From Planctomycetota bacterium (GTDB lineage Bacteria > Planctomycetota > Planctomycetia > JALXBF01): a stretch of 55,623 bases of DNA. The position numbers and the translations under genes were made by a program. The notes under the pieces are model-generated. The model had not been told where the DNA came from and did not search any database. It worked only from the letters and a program-made list of their open reading frames with translations. The stretch covers positions 1 through 55,623 of the forward strand of contig JALXBF010000106.1 of NCBI GenBank assembly GCA_026991575.1, read 5' to 3'. Shown piece by piece: positions 51,911-55,623 of this stretch (within the stretch, counting starts at the first letter, position 1; the number at the start of each line of letters is the position of its first letter).

Positions 51911-52180
51911 TTACTGCACGGCGCCGGGTGGGATAGCGCCCGTCTTATGCCGGGGTCGATTAGCTTGCGCCTGCTTAATCTGCTTGTGTACCTTGTGTCC
52001 AGCGCCGCGCCACCGCTTCCGCTCCTCATCCAGGAAAGCCCGGTCGAACGAAATCGATCCGATGTGTTTACCACCGGAACTGACCTCGATCTCATCGGCG
52101 TCCTTAAGCAGGTCGCGGAACAGTTCCAGCATATCCTGGCTCAGTTCTTCCCAGTTCAGCTGCTTCTTCTTGCGGCTCAT
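51911..52180 (-). CDS. Small hypothetical protein, N-terminus resembling a Phd/YefM antitoxin fold
   Basis: Strong GGGAGG RBS; fills the gap between galK and psuG. Pattern is beta-alpha-alpha-beta(EIEVSS)-GK-beta(HIGSIS). Confidence 0.6.
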   Translation of the reverse strand: MSRKKKQLNWEELSQDMLELFRDLLKDADEIEVSSGGKHIGSISFDRAFLDEERKRWRGAGHKVHKQIKQAQANRPRHKTGAIPPGAVQ

Positions 52181-52208
52181 GGTTTGTCCCTCCCGGGCCG
52201 GAAGCCCG

Positions 52209-53387
52209 CTAACTCAACCGCTGATAGCCTGCCCCGTCCACCGCCGTCACCGGAAACACCCGGGGTGTGCGGCCAAAGCTGCGTCGGAATGCACCGGCCA
52301 ACTCTTCTTGCACCCTGGTCGCGTCGGCGGCCGCCGCCAGCACGATGGCGCAGCCGCCAAAGCCTCCGCCGGTCATGCGCGCCCCGAGCGCGCCGGCCCG
52401 CTCCGCAGACTCTACAAGCAAATCCAGTTCCGCGCAGCTCACCTCGTAGTCATCCCGAAGCGACCGGTGGCTGTCGAACATTTGTAGGCCGAAGGCGCCG
52501 TAGTCGGCACGCACCAGCGCTGCCGCAGCTTCTACCGTGCGTTGGTCTTCGGTCACGACGTGGCGAGCTCGGCGATAGCGCAGCTCGCCAAGCTCATCCC
52601 GCAGTGCGTCGATCATCTCGATGGTCGCATCGCGCAGGGTCCAGACGTGAGGAAACTGGCGTGCCAAAATGTCAGCTGCCTCGCGACAGGCCCGCCGTCG
52701 GTTCGCGTACTCCGAGGTCGCCAGCTCGTGCCGAACCCCGGTGTCCGCCACCAGCAGCACGAACCGGTCCAGATCGACGGGCACGGGCCGAACCCGGTTG
52801 GTGCGGCAATCGATGAGCAGGGCGTGCCCCTGTCGGCCGAACGTCGCGGCGAGCTGGTCCATCAGCCCGCAAGGGGTACCTGCGAAGTGGTGCTCGGCCC
52901 ATTGACAGCCGAGAGCCTTTTGCAGCGGATCGAACGACTGCTGCGTAACGGCCTCAATCAGCGTGGCCACGGCCACTTCTAGCGCGGCGCTACTGCTCAA
53001 TCCGCCACCCACCGGCACGGTAGACACGAGCATCAGGTCGAGCCCCGGCAGCTCGCAGCCCACATGCCGGCTAGCCCAAGCGATAACCCCGCGGACGTAG
53101 TTTGCCCACGCCGGCTCCGCCGGCTCGATCGGGCTGGTCAACTCTACCGCCTCGCCCGGAAACTGGTCACTGAAAACGTACCAGCGTCGGTCATCGCGGG
53201 GCGAAGCGGTCGCGACGGTCCAGGCGTTGATGGCGATCGGCAGGACATAGCCTTCGTTGTAGTCGGTATGCTCGCCGATAAGGTTCACGCGACCGGGTGC
53301 CCACGCGGCCCACACCGGCTCTGTGCCATAGCGCTCGCGGTGCGCGACTCGTGCCCACCCCAGAAGCTCTTCGAGCTCCGGTCTCAT
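52209..53387 (-). CDS. galK: Galactokinase
   Basis: APGRVNLIGEHTDYNEG, PVGGGLSSSAALE, CGLMDQ, SLRDDYEVSC.ELD and GARMTGGGFGGC. Confidence 0.93.
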   Translation of the reverse strand: MRPELEELLGWARVAHRERYGTEPVWAAWAPGRVNLIGEHTDYNEGYVLPIAINAWTVATASPRDDRRWYVFSDQFPGEAVELTSPIEPAEPAWANYVRGVIAWASRHVGCELPGLDLMLVSTVPVGGGLSSSAALEVAVATLIEAVTQQSFDPLQKALGCQWAEHHFAGTPCGLMDQLAATFGRQGHALLIDCRTNRVRPVPVDLDRFVLLVADTGVRHELATSEYANRRRACREAADILARQFPHVWTLRDATIEMIDALRDELGELRYRRARHVVTEDQRTVEAAAALVRADYGAFGLQMFDSHRSLRDDYEVSCAELDLLVESAERAGALGARMTGGGFGGCAIVLAAAADATRVQEELAGAFRRSFGRTPRVFPVTAVDGAGYQRLS

Positions 53388-53536
53388 CTGCAGCCTCACT
53401 CCGCCGCTGCCGCTGCGCGGGACAACGCAGAGCAGCCGACGTGTCCGATTAAACCGGCCCGGGAGCCTGTGCCGATCCTAACGACTGGAACGGCATCTGT
53501 CCGGGGCCTGGCTAAGTACATTTCCGAGGACTACCG

Positions 53537-55150
53537 GTGGCTCGACCGCCGTGCAAGCTGTTAACGCTGATCGTCCTTTCCTGCGCCGTAACGGGCACAT
53601 CCACCGGATGCCGCAGTCCTGCGCTGCTGACCCCAGCCAGCCACCAGGGCCCGTCTCCTCATGAGCCTGCCCTATCGTATGCTCCCCAAGCACCGTCCTG
53701 GCTTGCAGGTCAGCCGCACGACGGTTCGGTCCATGCGGCGTTACCGGTTATCCAGGCGGCCCGCGTCGTAGTCGTTAGCGATCGGACGTCGGCTCAGCAG
53801 GCGGGAGACCGGCCAGCCTGGCGACCGGCTGCTGGCCGCGGTGCGGACGCCGCGGCTACCGAGAGTGGCGAGACGGTCTATCCCATTGACCTGCCCACGG
53901 CGCTACGGCTGGCCGGAGCGCAGAACCTGGACATCCGACTCGCCCAGGAGCTTCTGGCCGAAGCAGCAGCTCGCGAACAGTGGGCCAGTGTGCTCTGGTA
54001 TCCGACCATCCGACTAGGCACCGAGTACATCAAACACGATGGCAGGCTTCAAGAGACGGTTGGTCCGGTCCTGGAGGTGAGCCGCAACAGCGGCTTCATC
54101 GGTGGCGGTCTGTTCGCCGAGTTTCGCCTGGCCGACGCGCTATATGAGCCACTCGCGGCACGGCAGCAGACAGCGGCAGCCGAGAACCGGGTGGCTAGTG
54201 TTACGAACCAGGTGCTGCACTGGGTGACACAGGCGTACTTCGATCTGGTGGCCGCCGAGGCTGAACGGCTGATTCTGCAGGGAATCGTGCGCGAAGCCGA
54301 GAAGCTTGCCCGGCTGACCAGCCAGTTTGCCAGGACCGGACAGGGCCTGGAGTCCGACGCAGCTCGCGCGGAAGCTGAGCTGGCACGGCGCAAAGCGGAG
54401 TTGGCCTGGGCAACGGAGCAAGTGCGGATTGCCTCAGCCCGACTCGTGCGTTTACTCCGACTGGACCCGCGTGTGCAGCTGAGACCGGTCAATGCGCCGC
54501 TGGCACCGCTGGAGCTTGTTGAGGCGCAGCGCTCGTTGCGCGAGCTCATCGATCAGGCACTGAGCACGCGGCCGGAAGTGCGCGAGCAGAACGCGTTGGT
54601 GCAGGCGGCGCTGGCCAGGCTCCGCGAGGAGCGAATGAGAGCCTGGCTGCCCGAGCTGGCGCTGGGCGTGTCGGCTGGAGGCTACGGCGGAGGTGAAGGG
54701 TCGTTCTTCGGCAACTTTAGCGACCGGTCGGACGTGACACTGGGTGCGTTCTGGGCGTGGCGCAACCTGGGTGCCGGCGAAGACGCGGCGCGTAAGATCC
54801 GGGAGGCACGCTACCGCCAGGCAGCCATCGCGGCCAACCAACTCGCCGATGAAATCGCCCGTCAGGTCACCGTGGCATTCGCACGGGTCCACCATCGGCG
54901 GGTGCAGCTAGAGGCAGCCCGAACCGCTGCCGAAGCAGCACAACGATCGCTGGAATTGAACCTGCGACGAATTCGCGGCGCGGAGGGACTGCCGATCGAG
55001 GCTCTCGATGCACTCCGCACGCTGGCCGACACACAGCGGGGCTACGTCCAGGCGGTCACGGCGTACAATCAGGCCCAGTTCGAGCTGGCCTGGGCCACGG
55101 GCCAGCCCTTGGACCGGTTACTGCAGCAACTGCCCCCTGCCCAACCGTAG
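53537..55150 (+). CDS. TolC-family outer membrane efflux lipoprotein
   Basis: Lipobox STGC, IDLPTALRLAG.QN.DI, two OEP repeats (AYFDLV; YVQAVTAYNQAQFEL..ATG); GAGGA RBS. Confidence 0.85.
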   Translation: MARPPCKLLTLIVLSCAVTGTSTGCRSPALLTPASHQGPSPHEPALSYAPQAPSWLAGQPHDGSVHAALPVIQAARVVVVSDRTSAQQAGDRPAWRPAAGRGADAAATESGETVYPIDLPTALRLAGAQNLDIRLAQELLAEAAAREQWASVLWYPTIRLGTEYIKHDGRLQETVGPVLEVSRNSGFIGGGLFAEFRLADALYEPLAARQQTAAAENRVASVTNQVLHWVTQAYFDLVAAEAERLILQGIVREAEKLARLTSQFARTGQGLESDAARAEAELARRKAELAWATEQVRIASARLVRLLRLDPRVQLRPVNAPLAPLELVEAQRSLRELIDQALSTRPEVREQNALVQAALARLREERMRAWLPELALGVSAGGYGGGEGSFFGNFSDRSDVTLGAFWAWRNLGAGEDAARKIREARYRQAAIAANQLADEIARQVTVAFARVHHRRVQLEAARTAAEAAQRSLELNLRRIRGAEGLPIEALDALRTLADTQRGYVQAVTAYNQAQFELAWATGQPLDRLLQQLPPAQP

Positions 55151-55537
55151 ACGACCCGCAGCACCACAGGCCATGCCCATGCGGCTAATGACCCTGGCTC
55201 CGACGGACATGGGATGCCGGCTCAGTGCGGCTGGGCAGCTGGATTGGCCACGTGCCTGAGCCGGGTGGATGAGGCGGGCCATGGGATCTCAGCCCCCCTG
55301 TCCGCAAGGACCAGTGGGTACCGCCGGCGGCCCGGTAGAGTGGGTTCGCTTCCCTCGCCTTGCTGCTAGCGAGCATGGCCCGGCCGCGGCGCGGACACCG
55401 TGGCCGGCGGGGGTGCGATTCCGTATTTGTAGCACATAGCGTCAGTCGGGACGGTGTTCCGGCGTCGCGTCGGGCCAGCGGATGGGGTGGTGCCCGGCGT
55501 GGTCTTGGTGACAGGCGAACCGGAGACAAATCGGGCA

Positions 55538-55623
55538 GCCTACTTCAAACGGGTCGCGGGCAGCTTTACGCCCACCCGGCCGGAAGTTGATTCCATAGCG
55601 CCCGCGACCCGTTTGAAGTAGGC
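55538..55623. repeat. Perfect 24-bp inverted repeat with 38-nt spacer (MITE/REP-like), running to the window end
   Basis: GCCTACTTCAAACGGGTCGCGGGC (55538-55561) and its exact reverse complement GCCCGCGACCCGTTTGAAGTAGGC (55600-55623). Confidence 0.85.

Noticed and set aside
55538..55623. CRISPR repeat (CTTCAA/TTGAAG ends resemble some repeat termini)
   Set aside because: There are only two copies and they are inverted, not direct. No spacer array and no cas genes are in the window.

Overview
A GC-rich bacterial chromosome segment, most likely Planctomycetota. This is inferred from the long Zn-finger-containing LepB, N-terminally extended RsgA, short SecA paralog, and the SH3 and double-hydrolase secreted proteins. 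It is mostly core and metabolic genes (fabI, acnA, pncB, lepA-lepB, metG, rsgA, feoAB, galK, psuG), plus tRNA-Pro(TGG) and tRNA-Ser(TGA). No transposase, integrase, prophage or CRISPR array was seen. The strongest candidate for an undescribed system is a PTS-independent MurNAc/peptidoglycan scavenging operon: secreted NamZ, a sodium:solute symporter, and a MurQ etherase fused to a BadF/MurK-type kinase. Other candidates are a CobN-like/ExbB/DUF2149 (hmuS/U/V-like) module, a tandem YbjQ + PrsW protease + hydrolase operon, and a compact three-way-junction RNA upstream of an aminotransferase. Smaller observations are an IRE-like hairpin in the acnA leader, an orphan Phd-like ORF inside a galK-psuG cluster lacking psuK, a 43-aa Arg/Lys-rich ORF missed by the ORF track, and a perfect 24-bp inverted repeat at the window end. 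All assignments come from motif recognition by eye; no database searches were run.
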